Source of the DNA: Antedon mediterranea
Taxonomy: Eukaryota; Animalia; Echinodermata
Reading direction: 5' to 3'
DNA: 64,000 bases
NCBI RefSeq assembly: GCF_964355755.1
Contig: NC_092680.1
Span: forward strand, 14,951,045 to 15,015,044
Below, one piece after another: positions 14,501 through 24,464 of the stretch (positions within the stretch are counted from its first letter, which is position 1; each line of letters starts with the position of its first letter). The translations under genes and the position numbers were made by a program. Under the pieces are notes generated by a model. It made no database searches, was not told the DNA's origin, and saw only the letters and a list, made by a program, of their open reading frames with translations.

Positions 14501-17500
14501 AATATAAAATAACCCAAAGTTGTTCTTGTCTTTAAGGATATTTTTTGTATAACGAAGTACCATTTTACTGGTATCAATGGTGGTACGATATTGGGAACAC
14601 GAATGGTTTGGTTGCTCGTTTAATGTCCCCGTTAATCGAACAAAGTGAAACTAGCACCTGTTTAACATTTTGGTATTACAAACAACAAGAGGAAAGTGAC
14701 TTTTTGAATGTGTATGTGCTGCCATATAATCAGGTTTTATATGGTGATCCTTTGGTCGATTATTTTGGAGGCTATGGCAGTCGATGGATTTTTCAAAAAA
14801 TTGATATACCAGCATCAGATCATTTCCAGGTTAGTATATTTTAAGGTCACGTTGAGCTTTTGATTTGCAAAGACTATGTCATGTTAATTCGTCATAAATT
14901 TCCACTAGAACGTAACGCAATGACATAAACGCAACGCAAGCGTGTTAACCAATGGCAAGCGACAGTTCGAATAATCCATCGCTTGTGATTGGTTAATTCG
15001 CTTGCGTTGCCTTACGTCCTTGTGTTTCGTCTCTAGTGGGAACCAAGCATAAGCGAGCCTCAAATTTAAAATGATTTGGTATCACATGAAGCTATAGATA
15101 TTACAATGTTTAGTTCATCAACAAATGAGATTATCTCGCTTTTCTCTATTGCATGTTTTTTTAATTGAATTATGTTAATTGGTCAGATGCTTCTCTTATA
15201 CTACTGTGAGGTACAAATTTCGCCAGAGTAGGGCAAACATCTGACCAAATACTCCACACCCTGACGCAAAGCTATTCCACAGTAGTTAGTTACAAAGAAT
15301 TACAATCCTGTTGCGGTACTCACTGCTTACTTAGGCGAATCTACCCCTAGCCATCAGTGCAAGCTCGGTGATACAGAGGTATAGACGTCAGGCTAATGAT
15401 CTGGAGGTCGAGGGTTGGAGTCCCACCCTATAATTTTTTCAGAAGTATTCTTAATCACTTCAGAGTAGGACAAACATCTGACCATATTATTACTTAACAC
15501 TCTGACGCAAAGCTACTCCACAGTAGTTACAAACAGTTACAATCCTGAAGTAAATTACTTTTGCAATGGCAGGCGGAACCATTGTCATGAAAACTTCAGT
15601 AAAGTCTTTAGTAAAACTACTAATTGTCAGATATAATATGTAAAGTTTTTATTTTTACAGATAATTTTTGAAGTCACAAATGGAGCTTGGCATTACACGA
15701 GTAGCTTTATTGATGAAATTAAATACACAAGATCACCTTGTGATGATGGTAAAATCACATTTTATTCTACATTTTGAATTACCATGAAGATTATACCACC
15801 AGTAACATAACTATAAAGAACAGAACAACAGTAAGATAGTATACGTGTGGCTATTTCATTCATTTATCTGCTACGAAACATCCGACCAATTACCTAACTT
15901 CCTGACGCAAAGATAAAAGATTAATTGCTAACGTGAACACAGACCGGGATAAAGAACAATACAGTTATAGGCCTATTAACTAGCCAAAATGTGAGATTGT
16001 AATTTAATTCCAAAGATATTTTGGACGAGTGCAGGCCCCAAATTTTACCTTTTTTTGAAAAAAAAAAATTGTCGATTTAACCTCCACCGACACACATCTT
16101 TTGTTTATCTGAGCCTCCCTCCGTAGATAAGACTTAATATTTTACATTTCAGAGGATATGAAATGTGACTTTGAAAAAGGTTTTACTGATTGCGAACTTG
16201 CAGCAGATCCGTCTAGTAAGTATGGATTCAAGTGGCAGCTTTCAAGAGGAAACACAGCAACCAAGGATACTGGTCCAAGCGTTGATCACACCTGCAGGGA
16301 CAACAACGGTATTTAATTTATTAATTGTTTAAAAAAATCCTAATTTTAGATGTATTGTCCACCAAAACACGGAAAATTAACATAATCATTTGTAGTTCCA
16401 ATAAAATGAATTATTATTATTATTATTATTATAAAATAAAATGAGCTACATGGTTTAGCCGAATATGGAATAAAAGAAGTAGTTCTGCGATCAATCGCCT
16501 TACAGATCTCTGGGCGCAATGTTCCCGGATATTGATTCAGGCGACACATGCGCAGCAATTAATGGAAAAAACACTAAATCATACGTTTATGTAAAGACAA
16601 AATCATTTAATATTCATGAAAATATATAATATATATATAAAAAAATATAACTAGATTTGAACTCGTCACTTTGACAAGTTCGGGTTATCCGCGCAAACGC
16701 AACATGCACATACTTTAAACTATATGAACCTCGACAATTATTATGCCATCCTATGACATGAAATAAATGTGTTTACAGTGCTGAATTGTACCTATTTTGT
16801 AGCATACATCATATTACAGTATTTACAGAATACACTGTATATGTTATATACAGTGTAGGATAGACGAAATTACGAGACCCATCTTTTAAATCCAATTATT
16901 AACACGATAACGTCATCAAATTGACATATTATAACATAACAATTTTAGAAGATAATTATCTAATTAATTACATTAATACAAATTTGAAAAATCTTGGGCA
17001 CGTAAAAGTGAGATGCGCTCTCGTTTAAGCGCAATGAACTTTTACGCAAGAGATGAAAATATGAATTTTTGAATTTAACTGGCCATATGATGACGTCACA
17101 ACATCTGATTGGCAAAATAATTACATGAATTCGTATCTAAAATCCAATGGCTTCCAGAAAACGTTTTAATCATGATTATCACTTTTTATTCTGACGAGCT
17201 ATAACAGATTGAAATTTACTGTAAAGATGAAAATAGGTGACCCACGTTATTTACATTTTTAGACATGATGACGTCATAAAAATTAAAATATTTTTAACTT
17301 ATGCGAAAGCTAGTTGATTTACATAGACAGCATTAAAATATCTGAGGAAATTGAATACGTATAAGCGAGATGCGCTCTATTTAATGTGATAAGCAATAAC
17401 GAAAGAGTAAAAAATCCTATATTTTACATTCGTGTGGCAATACAATGACGTCATAACATCCGAGGGGTAAAGATTCTGCATGAATTCATATCTACAATAT

Positions 17501-20277
17501 ATCTGCTTACATATAAAATTAAAAAAATTGGGGGTCATGGATGATTCTGAGGAGCTATAATAGATTAAAAATAGGCATAATTTTGACAATATGCTGTCAC
17601 TTTTGCAACTAAAACGCGCGCAAAATGGTCTAAGTCAACGTGTTCGTATGACGTCATTTTAATTTGAAATGTTGTCAATCTTTTTTAAAATGACTAGGAA
17701 AGGCTATAAGATTATAATTCAAAAGAAAAACACATGATTTTCATGCTCTGTGTGCACCTTACGCGTACAATTTTTCGCGCGCGTGGGAATTTTTGACATG
17801 CTCAAAATGTCATGATCAGCGTAGAAAGTTGATAAGAAATTAATTTTGCGCATTTTGAAATTTTAAATGCGCGTGCGCGCGTAACTTTTTGTGGACTATT
17901 AAACCTCATCCATTATCTAGTCAGCCACGAGAAAAAAAGTGGGCTGGTTTTCCCAAGAAAAGGGAACAATCTCTGTTGAAGAAGCCATGACTGTGAAAAG
18001 TTATCAGGTTGAAACCTTACCAACCATACTGGTGGCTATGGCCCTGTTCTATTTCCGTTTACTCTGGATACTTACTTAATGTTAATGGACCTAGGTATAG
18101 ATTAAATTCACTTAATCATAAAATAGATTGTCTAATTAATAATTATTTGCCAGTAATGTGTTTACTTGAATTATATTGAATTAGGTGTTTACATATACAT
18201 CGATGCTTCTCAACCTCAGCGTCCAGGCGATACGGCAACCGTGGCTACTCACTATTGGAAACAATATAACAAAGATACCTGTCTTACCTTCTGGTATTAT
18301 TGCAATAACAGTTTTGCCGATAGTTTGGTTGTTCACAGTCATTCGAAAAATAGGAAAACTGTTCTATGGAAAATGCCAAGGGTGTTCGAGAGTGACTGGA
18401 AGGAAGTTAGAAAACAGTTATCGCCACAGAATGCGTCTTATCAGGTACGGAAGTACAATAACATTATTTTTCTACAGTACGGTATATCAAGATAAAAAAA
18501 CATGCTCTTTCACAGTATTGCTTTAATGTAAGATATATGAATATCAATATGAAGACTAAAGTTCGGTTGATACCTATAATTTGTTCTACTTGCCATTTTA
18601 CTATTTTGGTTGTTTGTTGCACTATTATAGCGTCCATAATTTATCGTCTTTAATTTTTGGCGTTAATAAGTATATTTAAGGAACATGCATATTGATATAT
18701 TTGTGACGTCATAAAATCTTATTACTGTATATTAACATTTCGAATTACCTGTTCCTTTAATGTTAGAAGCATTTTGTATAAGTACTTCACTCGCCTTGTT
18801 TATTATTATATGTTCCCATCGTTTCGTACTGAACAGATTGTATTCACGGGAACAGTCGGGGAAAGTAAACTTGGCGACATTGCTTTAGATGATATATCAT
18901 TGTCATCGACCCCATGTTTTGAACAATCTTCATTATTACCACCACCACCCGAAGCCATCCCGAATACTACATCACTCCCAGTAAAAAGCTATGATTGTGC
19001 TGCAGATAAAGGGAAGTGCACAATTACTCAACTGTATTCAGATCAATTTAATTGGTTGTATTCAGGTAAATTATCTCAGTTTAATAGTGTTTGATTAAGC
19101 GACATCAAAACGAACCTAAGGAGTTTTCTACCGTGTTCTTTTCTCATCGTATAGAATGCATACATTTGCATTAGACTTTTACTTGTTATTGTTCTACAGA
19201 ATATGACAGTTCCTACATGTGTAGTTCAAAGAACAGGTACATAGGACAGAAGGCACAGTTGAAAACGCCACAATTTGTAAAAGAGAACCGGCAATGTCTT
19301 ACAATCACTTACAAAACTACTGGTGTTTCTGTTCCAATACTCTCTGTGTTAAGAGTGGAAAGCAAAAGTAAAATTCAACGTCTTTGGAAATCGGATACAA
19401 TAGCTGACGAATGGACAACTGCACTTGTTTCAATAGATAAATCTCCAACAAGTTACAGTGTAAGTAACTAAATAAAAGGGCCGTAAATAACCATACTGAT
19501 TTATTCAATTATTAATCCAAAATAATTATCGTACAAACATTTTTCGAACCTTACTTTAACGTAGATATTAATTGAAGCAATGGTGACAGAAAGTGGAAAT
19601 GGAACAGTATTCATTCAAACAATAAACATGTCATCGGGAAAGTGTCCAAGTAAGAAATCACAATATGGATTTTGTTTCATTGTGACTCCAAAGGCTCGAA
19701 TGTTAAAATCTTCTGTGCAAACAATCCGCTCAAATACCATGTTGGTGTTTTCTATCAGTTTATGAAATACGTGATTATGTTCTATACCCTCTACCAATTA
19801 CTTTTCGTCGGTAGATAACAGAGACATTTAAATAAGTATTATAATCTATAGTGAGCCTTGGCACATGGTAGACATTGTTAGCATCATGTTGTACGCCTGA
19901 CAGAAGAACTCGGTACACTAAAAAAAAGTCTAATCCTATCTAATAAAATCCAATTTACATTAATGATTATGTAACTTTTATTGATGTATGTAGCAAGCAA
20001 GTTGCTATTTATTACATACCGATATCTTTAATGATTTAATGTTTCAATTACACATTATGTTGTTTATATTCATTTTTCAGATTTATCATCCAGTCAAGTT
20101 GCGCTCATTGTCGTCATTATCTTAGTCTTGGTCGCGTTGGTGGCAATATCATTGGTTTTGTATCGATACCGAACAGCATTGAGGAGCTTCAATATAAATG
20201 TTCGTCATCAGACTTTAAGCGAAGACGTTTCCATTGGAAAGGTCCAAAACGATAAATCACCGATTGTGGACCCATAA
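414..20277 (+). CDS. Gene A (5'-partial): type I membrane protein with at least 8 tandem MAM domains, TM helix and ~37-aa cytoplasmic tail (MALRD1/MAMDC-like but no LDLa modules seen)
   Basis: 23 GT-AG exons join in one open frame (~1390 aa in window): 414-685,1579-1666,2127-2267,3008-3276,3862-3949,5913-6050,6654-6916,7753-7846,9559-9702,9901-10172,11246-11336,11629-11799,12991-13244,13543-13633,13836-14063,14537-14829,15661-15748,16153-16308,18185-18444,18837-19065,19200-19459,19565-19649,20081-20277(TAA). Repeated MAM motifs CxFE..C, DHT..G, CLxFWY(HM)xG, GDIAxDDI..C. Confidence 0.9.
1579..1666 (+). CDS. Gene A exon, MAM1 C-terminal
   Basis: aag|IVFEGKLLRNSNARITVDNVKMLNGSCFR|gtaagt. Confidence 0.85.
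2127..2267 (+). CDS. Gene A exon, MAM2 N-terminal
   Basis: FICDFEGTSFC..TGPSADHTLGTAQG|gtaggc. Confidence 0.88.
3008..3276 (+). CDS. Gene A exon, MAM2 middle
   Basis: GHYAYLETS..MCLIFWYHMWG..NNFK|gttggt. Confidence 0.9.
3862..3949 (+). CDS. Gene A exon, MAM2 C-terminal
   Basis: IIFEANKGNGYRGDIAVDDITISYEKCLI|gtaaga. Confidence 0.9.
4078..4647. mobile_element. Possible Kolobok-like MITE (TTAA-flanked, degenerate TIR)
   Basis: Left ttaaagctcgggtacagg vs reverse complement of right end ttaaaggccaggtgcggg; imperfect match. Confidence 0.35.
5424..5552. repeat. (ATCA)n microsatellite
   Basis: Direct tandem ATCA run with an ATTA interruption. Confidence 0.95.
5913..6050 (+). CDS. Gene A exon, MAM3 N-terminal
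   Basis: DFQCDFDHEACYEQ..GDHTSSTRYSG|gtaaat. Confidence 0.88.
6654..6916 (+). CDS. Gene A exon, MAM3 middle
   Basis: GKYAFLDA..FCLKFWY..ENYK|gtaaat. Confidence 0.88.
6931..7025. mobile_element. Fragment of the repeat family also present, inverted, at 36083-36392
   Basis: ttatataacacct..gattggacgaatgtgggtcacatggcgtgcaatagtacgcactatt matches the reverse complement of ~36315-36392. Confidence 0.75.
7338..7516. mobile_element. PIF/Harbinger-like MITE family 1
   Basis: TIR AGC(T/G)TGGTTCCCACTAG, TTA on both flanks, palindromic body; related copies at 14900 and 38446. Confidence 0.85.
7753..7846 (+). CDS. Gene A exon, MAM3 C-terminal
   Basis: ISFQGKGGLEGQGFIAIDDIKYTNEPCVNKE|gtgact. Confidence 0.88.
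7909..8748. mobile_element. Non-autonomous DNA transposon, P-element-like (~40-bp TIR, 7-bp TSD)
   Basis: TIR CAAAGAATAT..ATCACAAGAATGAGTATTCCGCGATTTTC at both ends; ATAATAG duplicated at 7902-7908 and 8749-8755. Superfamily inferred from CA..TG ends and TSD length. Confidence 0.8.
8896..8995 (+). mobile_element. Heavily 5'-truncated 3' tail of the Crack-like LINE seen at 28054-29330
   Basis: Near-identical to 29247-29330, including the (TTATCTGAA)n tail. Confidence 0.85.
9356..9505 (+). mobile_element. 5'-truncated copy of the tRNA-like cassette in a (TA)n tract
   Basis: Starts in the T-loop (gttcgagtctcggttgggg) and matches ~45590-45720; flanked by TA repeats. Confidence 0.85.
9559..9702 (+). 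CDS. Gene A exon, MAM4 N-terminal
   Basis: FNCTFEGDNFCGL..GPFFDHTHGDENG|gttagt. Confidence 0.88.
9901..10172 (+). CDS. Gene A exon, MAM4 middle
   Basis: GHYAFVDT..KCLIFWYHMYG..NSFQ|gtaggt. Confidence 0.9.
11246..11336 (+). CDS. Gene A exon, MAM4 C-terminal
   Basis: VVFRSIRGSGLDGDIGVDDIVIRNGSCRNT|gtaata. Confidence 0.88.
11629..11799 (+). CDS. Gene A exon, MAM5 N-terminal
   Basis: VSCKFEETHICGYTQ..PTIDHTKNTGLG|gtaaac. Confidence 0.88.
12092..12354. mobile_element. PIF/Harbinger-like palindromic MITE family 2
   Basis: Long imperfect inverted arms beginning AGC(C/T)(C/T)TGTCTA; TAA on both flanks. Confidence 0.85.
12991..13244 (+). CDS. Gene A exon, MAM5 middle
   Basis: GFFMFAD..SRLISP..QCLEFWHFIYG..KNQ|gtacat. 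Confidence 0.88.
13543..13633 (+). CDS. Gene A exon, MAM5 C-terminal
   Basis: IVFEAKSGLYPTGAVTIDDVSMYRGNCKAA|gtaagt. Confidence 0.88.
13836..14063 (+). CDS. Gene A exon, MAM6 N-terminal with Trp/Tyr-rich insert
   Basis: VDCNFESDDLCGYIQ..YYSNIWWYRWWGVGHEWYPLSDRT..KG|gtaaga. Confidence 0.88.
14244..14429 (-). mobile_element. 5S rRNA-derived SINE (SINE3-type), degenerate copy
   Basis: Reverse complement reads 5S-like (gttctcgtcagatcaccgaagttaa..gtgctgta), then a non-5S body shared with 49777-49974. Confidence 0.8.
14537..14829 (+). CDS. Gene A exon, MAM6 middle with Trp/Tyr-rich insert
   Basis: GYFLYNEVPFYWYQWWYDIG..ARLMSP..TCLTFWYY..DHFQ|gttagt. Confidence 0.88.
14900..15049. mobile_element. 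PIF/Harbinger-like MITE family 1, left TIR eroded
   Basis: Matches 7338-7516; right end ctagtgggaaccaagca|taa. Confidence 0.8.
15363..15430 (+). mobile_element. tRNA-derived SINE head fragment between ~85-bp direct repeats
   Basis: A-box-like tgatacagaggta and B-box-like ggttggagtccc; flanks ~15224-15310 and ~15461-15547 are similar. Confidence 0.5.
15661..15748 (+). CDS. Gene A exon, MAM6 C-terminal
   Basis: IIFEVTNGAWHYTSSFIDEIKYTRSPCDD|gtaaaa. Confidence 0.85.
16153..16308 (+). CDS. Gene A exon, MAM7 N-terminal
   Basis: MKCDFEKGFTDC..TGPSVDHTCRDNNG|gtattt. Confidence 0.88.
16648..17900. mobile_element. Probable non-autonomous Helitron/Helentron-like repeat with internal ~357-bp duplication
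   Basis: Starts aactagatttgaactcgtc..gacaagttc (subterminal hairpin); ~17010-17215 repeated at ~17368-17572; many TGACGTCA motifs. Class is inference, ends approximate. Confidence 0.4.
18185..18444 (+). CDS. Gene A exon, MAM7 middle
   Basis: GVYIYIDAS..TCLTFWYYC..ASYQ|gtacgg. Confidence 0.88.
18837..19065 (+). CDS. Gene A fused exon: MAM7 C-terminus, Pro-rich linker, MAM8 N-terminus
   Basis: IVFTG..GDIALDDISLSSTPC..PPPPEA..YDCAADKGKC..FNWLYS|gtaaat. Confidence 0.88.
19200..19459 (+). CDS. Gene A exon, degenerate MAM8 middle
   Basis: KAQLKTP..QCLTITY..EWTTALVSI..SYS|gtaagt. Confidence 0.85.
19565..19649 (+). CDS. Gene A exon, MAM8 C-terminal
   Basis: ILIEAMVTESGNGTVFIQTINMSSGKCP|gtaaga. 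Confidence 0.85.
20081..20277 (+). CDS. Gene A last exon: TM helix and cytoplasmic tail
   Basis: tttcag|..VALIVVIILVLVALVAISLVLYRYR..SPIVDP-TAA. Confidence 0.88.
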
Positions 20278-21117
20278 TTAGATACACCGATTGTAAATGG
20301 ATTATTTTAGTATTTTGCGCCTTGGTGACACTGCCATTGTCCTGTAGTTAGTCTGTACCAAGCCAAAGTTTCCTTCCGTGATTAGAAACGAACAGCTCCA
20401 CTCATAGTTATTGCTAATCGTATGGACAGCCATTTAAACGGTTAAATGCTTTAGTTATGCCTAATGATTCACTTTGGTAAATTCAGGAGTGGTATTGTTG
20501 TAATGTCCAACCCTTTGTTCTTATGTGACGTTATGGACAGAAAGGGACATTTTTAAAAATAGAACATTCCAAACCAACTTAGAAGTTGGTGAATAGTGCG
20601 CATTCGATACCAACTTATAGGCTTAGTGCGCTTTTTTTTAAAGTAGGTGTGTTTAAATGTTTGTTCCATAATATAAAACATATTTAGGCCTACGTTGCCT
20701 ATTTCGAGTTCCTATGAGCCTCGGAGTCTCTAAAATCATAGACCTACTATTTTGGAGGTCATAGTTTTAACCAAACTCGAAAATGTATTTTGTATTCTAG
20801 AAGATAGGTACGTAAAAATAATGTATTGGTATTAATATTACGTATTATATTATTTTATCTTAATATATCATATCAAATAATTTTAGTTAATCAAATTTAA
20901 ATTTTAATTATTAATCAAAACTTTAAAAAAATGAATAAAATATTTCCTTGCTGAGCTACCGGAATAGGCCTACATTGTATGTAAGAAAAATAACAAAAGT
21001 AAATGAAATAAAATAAAACGATTATATCGTTTTGCATGTATGGTTTGTTTATTATTTGTAACTCATGCCTATTAACTATTTATCGTCAAATTGATGATAA
21101 TGATTCGTTTCATTTAA

Positions 21118-21454
21118 AGATTTATTGTCCCCCTGAAAATAATTTTTTTAAAATTTTTTTGCCATTTTAATGTTATATAATAGTTATTGACTTCGACCAA
21201 GAATTGGATCCGAAAAAAAATGTATTTACATGAAAAAAATGGAATTTAAAGCAAAAAATGGTCAAATTGGCTGCCAGCCAATAGATTTTTGGTTGAATTT
21301 AACCATTTATCATGTTATTTTATAAGTTTAAACATTATTGTTTTCCGGATTTGTTTTACGGAAGTGATTCACTTTATTAAAGCTACAAAATAACCTATTC
21401 AAAGTCTGATTTAATTAATCTTTATTTTTCATGTTTTTGGGAGACAATACATCT
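21118..21454. mobile_element. Kolobok-like MITE
   Basis: TTAA|AGATTTATTGTCCCCC..GGGAGACAATACATCT|TTAA; inverted relative at 62669-62998. Confidence 0.8.
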
Positions 21455-22267
21455 TTAAGACAGATGTAAATTGATAACATTCATACTTTTCTTTAGCATA
21501 AACAGGTTTTAATCGCAGTTTACAATTTTAGCGGCTTGTATCTACTTCCGGTTTGGTGCCTTCTCGTGATAGCTCAAGCAATGTCGTGGTTTATGCTAAT
21601 GAATAATTATAACTGAACTGAATAACAGAACTGAACTCATACTTCACTCAACAGAGAAAAATTCCAACTGGAGATCGAATTGTTGTTAAGAGAGGTCGTG
21701 TCGTCCACCGCGCTCTCGCGGGAGCATGCCTAAAGCATTGTTGTTATGCTGTGGTTAAGGGGTTGCACTGCAAAAATAGAAATATACCGCGCTCGCGAGA
21801 GTGAAAACAGGGCAGTTGTTTTCTATCATGTGACCCACAATCTTTCAATAAAATTAGGAATTTATTTAGGTTTATATAATTAAATTATAACCACATCATA
21901 GTTACCATTGTTTATAATAGTATGAGAGAGAAAAGAAAACCACTATTATTACAAGAAAAAGAAACACACAGTTAGAGTGTAAGAATGTTAAATAGTACTT
22001 TTTTGTTTTAGTACATGCTGTTTATACATACATTTATTTATGATTAATCGATTGACTTGACAAACCAATGTTGTTGTGAAATGCATTAAATGTGAAGGTG
22101 TTGTTTACAAAATGCCACCAAAAAAAAATTACACTTTGCTCATTCATCTTGTATCATAGTAGTAATTGTATTTATATTTTGCATAGAATAGCATTAATTA
22201 CAACTGCTAAAGTACAATTTCTAGCTGACAGGTTTCACCAAATAAATGTAAATATCTATAATTCAAA

Positions 22268-23492
22268 TTAGTTTATTCTGAAAACATGTACTACTCCTGT
22301 GTCTGTTCTATAGAAATTGTCTTCTAAAGGTTTTTCAACACGCGTCCACCTTCCATCTTGTACTAGCTGTTCAAAAGCCTCATTCATCGTCTTTATATTC
22401 CCATTCTGATAGCCAAATTGTATTGATTAAGAGGATAACATGACCACCTAAACGTAAAAAAATTCCAATAAGAATGTATTATTTATCTAATAGATACACA
22501 TTTCACAGACAGAATAATTTCAAAACCTATCATCAATAGATAATCTTTGTAGATCAGAGATTTTGCAATACATTCAGTTTATATTAAGCCAACTCAGGCA
22601 GCTGCATCGTACGACGAGATTCGTATATATATGGCCTTGTTTGAGGACGATAAAGTTGCCATTTACCCGTTTACACTACAGAGAACGACTAGAAATAAGA
22701 TACATATAACCTATATACAGTTCGAAATAAACTTAAAGGTGGAATTTTCGAAACTCTAAATAAACGGTGCAGCTCTCGGTTGTGGACAGAAGCATTAGCG
22801 CCGTTTGACTATAGGCCCGGCCCCAACGGATGAACTTGAGGGGAGATGAAAGTGGCCCACATATTGCGCAATGCAGTCCAGTTGAGCTTCAAGACATGAG
22901 GTATTTCACAATTACTATTTATATTTAATCTTCAAAGATTGATGAATTAATTAGCCACTAGCCTTAACGGCTATGTGACTATCTGGCTTCTCCGGGAGAC
23001 ATGTCTCCGAATTGTAATAAATAAAAAATGAATGTTACATATCAGTTTTTAAATTTCCGGTACATTATTGGTGACCGAGCAATATTAAGTGAGGCTTGTA
23101 AACAATCGACGGCGTGAATATTAGTAAACCCAGCAAGTTTTGTCTAAATACAGTACATAGTTAATAATCAATTATCATCCAGACCAATATATCATTTATT
23201 AACATTTTTAATCATTGTATCAATTATTGATATTCATAAACATATGTTTAGTATTTACCATAACTATATTTCACTTACCAGTTCTCCAAAAAGTCCAGTT
23301 CCTAAGCAACAATCAAGTATGGTATCATTTTTGCCGGCGTACCTCTCTAAAAATTGTAAACTCAATTTAGGTCCTTTAAAATTGACTGTAGTGTTGTCTG
23401 CATCGTGTGTCTTTGCCCATTTGTCATAACAATTAGGAATATATTCGCCATCGTCTTTAGCAACAACATCGCTAATCCGTTCTGTTACCGTT
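22268..23492 (-). pseudogene. METTL27/WBSCR27-like SAM-dependent methyltransferase relic (two exons; middle exons not found; frameshift)
   Basis: Exon 23492-23279 (ag..gtaagt): YDKWAKTHDAD..GPKL..ILDCCLGTGLFGEL (motif I). Exon 22447-22268: GGHVILLIN, frameshift, ..FEQLVQDGRW..GVVHVFRIN-stop. Confidence 0.65.
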
Positions 23493-23972
23493 CTATAATT
23501 ATAAAGACAAACTTAGTTGGTTGAAGTTACACGTTAACACTAGTCTCTTTTTAAAAATGTCTTTGAAAAGCTGGTCTAAAACTTTTCAGTCTTCTGGCTC
23601 GATTGCCATAATTATCTTGTTGCTACAGTAACTTTGCGTCAATTTTGTTGATGGATTGCTTGTATTATTGTATATTTAGATGGAATAATAATCATTTATG
23701 TGTAATGAAAAGATTAATAGCCTGATGATACAATTAATTAATATTTGTCTATGTTTACTCAGAACATCATGAGCTATAACAACCCTTAAATGACGTTAAA
23801 GGTAACGTTCTACATTACTAACTTTTGCTTCGAGATTCCTGTTCATTCATTTTGTTGATCTATAGGACATAGTACAGGAGTAATTTTAGGGGTTAATTAG
23901 AGGTCATTATGAGACAAGTTTTACTTCTAATTTTGGTCCTAAGATGGTAATATAATAAAAAGAGAACTTTCT

Positions 23973-24462
23973 TCGTTTTGATTTAGCTTTTCGCTTTTTA
24001 TTTTTGTATCTCCATTGAGATCCAGCCACTGATACCCACAGCATTGTCATTTTTTTCAGTAATTTGCCTTTGGATTTATATATATTTTCTACTGTTTGTA
24101 TCAATTTTGATCTGATTTTGCTGTAATTATGGAGGGTACTTTGGATAACTTTACCAAATTACGTCGCCTGTCCGAGAAACGTGACAGGTATCGTCACCAT
24201 TTACTCTTATTCAGACTCCACCCTGGCTCCCTTTGTTATATTTCTTTTATTCCTGTCCACCCAGGCACCACTTGCCAGCTTTATACTATGACGTTATCCA
24301 AATTCCTTCACTTGCACTGATGAAGGGCTAGTGTTGCCCGAAAGCTCTGCTAACTTTTCTGGCTGTTTACTTTATCGTTTTGATTTAGCTTTTCGCTTTT
24401 TATTTTTGTATCTCCATTGAGATCCAGCCACTGATACCCACAGCATTGTCATTTTTTTCAGT
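23973..24462 (+). mobile_element. Penelope-like element, partial tandem: end of pseudo-LTR, ORF start, second pseudo-LTR with hammerhead
   Basis: 23973-24060 repeats 24375-24462; ATG at 24129 MEGTLDNFTKLRRLSEKRDRYRHHL resembles PLE ORF N-termini; 24204-24462 identical by eye to 44964-45222; ends in (TA)n. Confidence 0.75.
24312..24353 (+). ncRNA. Minimal type I hammerhead ribozyme
   Basis: TTGCA-CTGATGA-A-GGGC-TAGTGTT-GCCC-GAAA-GCTC-TGCTAA: both core boxes, 4-bp stem II, palindromic AGCT stem III, CUC cleavage triplet, GCA/TGC stem I. Confidence 0.8.
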
Positions 24463-24464
24463 TT

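Noticed and set aside
17191-17214. CTGACGA..GAAA as another hammerhead
   Set aside because: The intervening sequence cannot form stem II and there is no stem I pairing.
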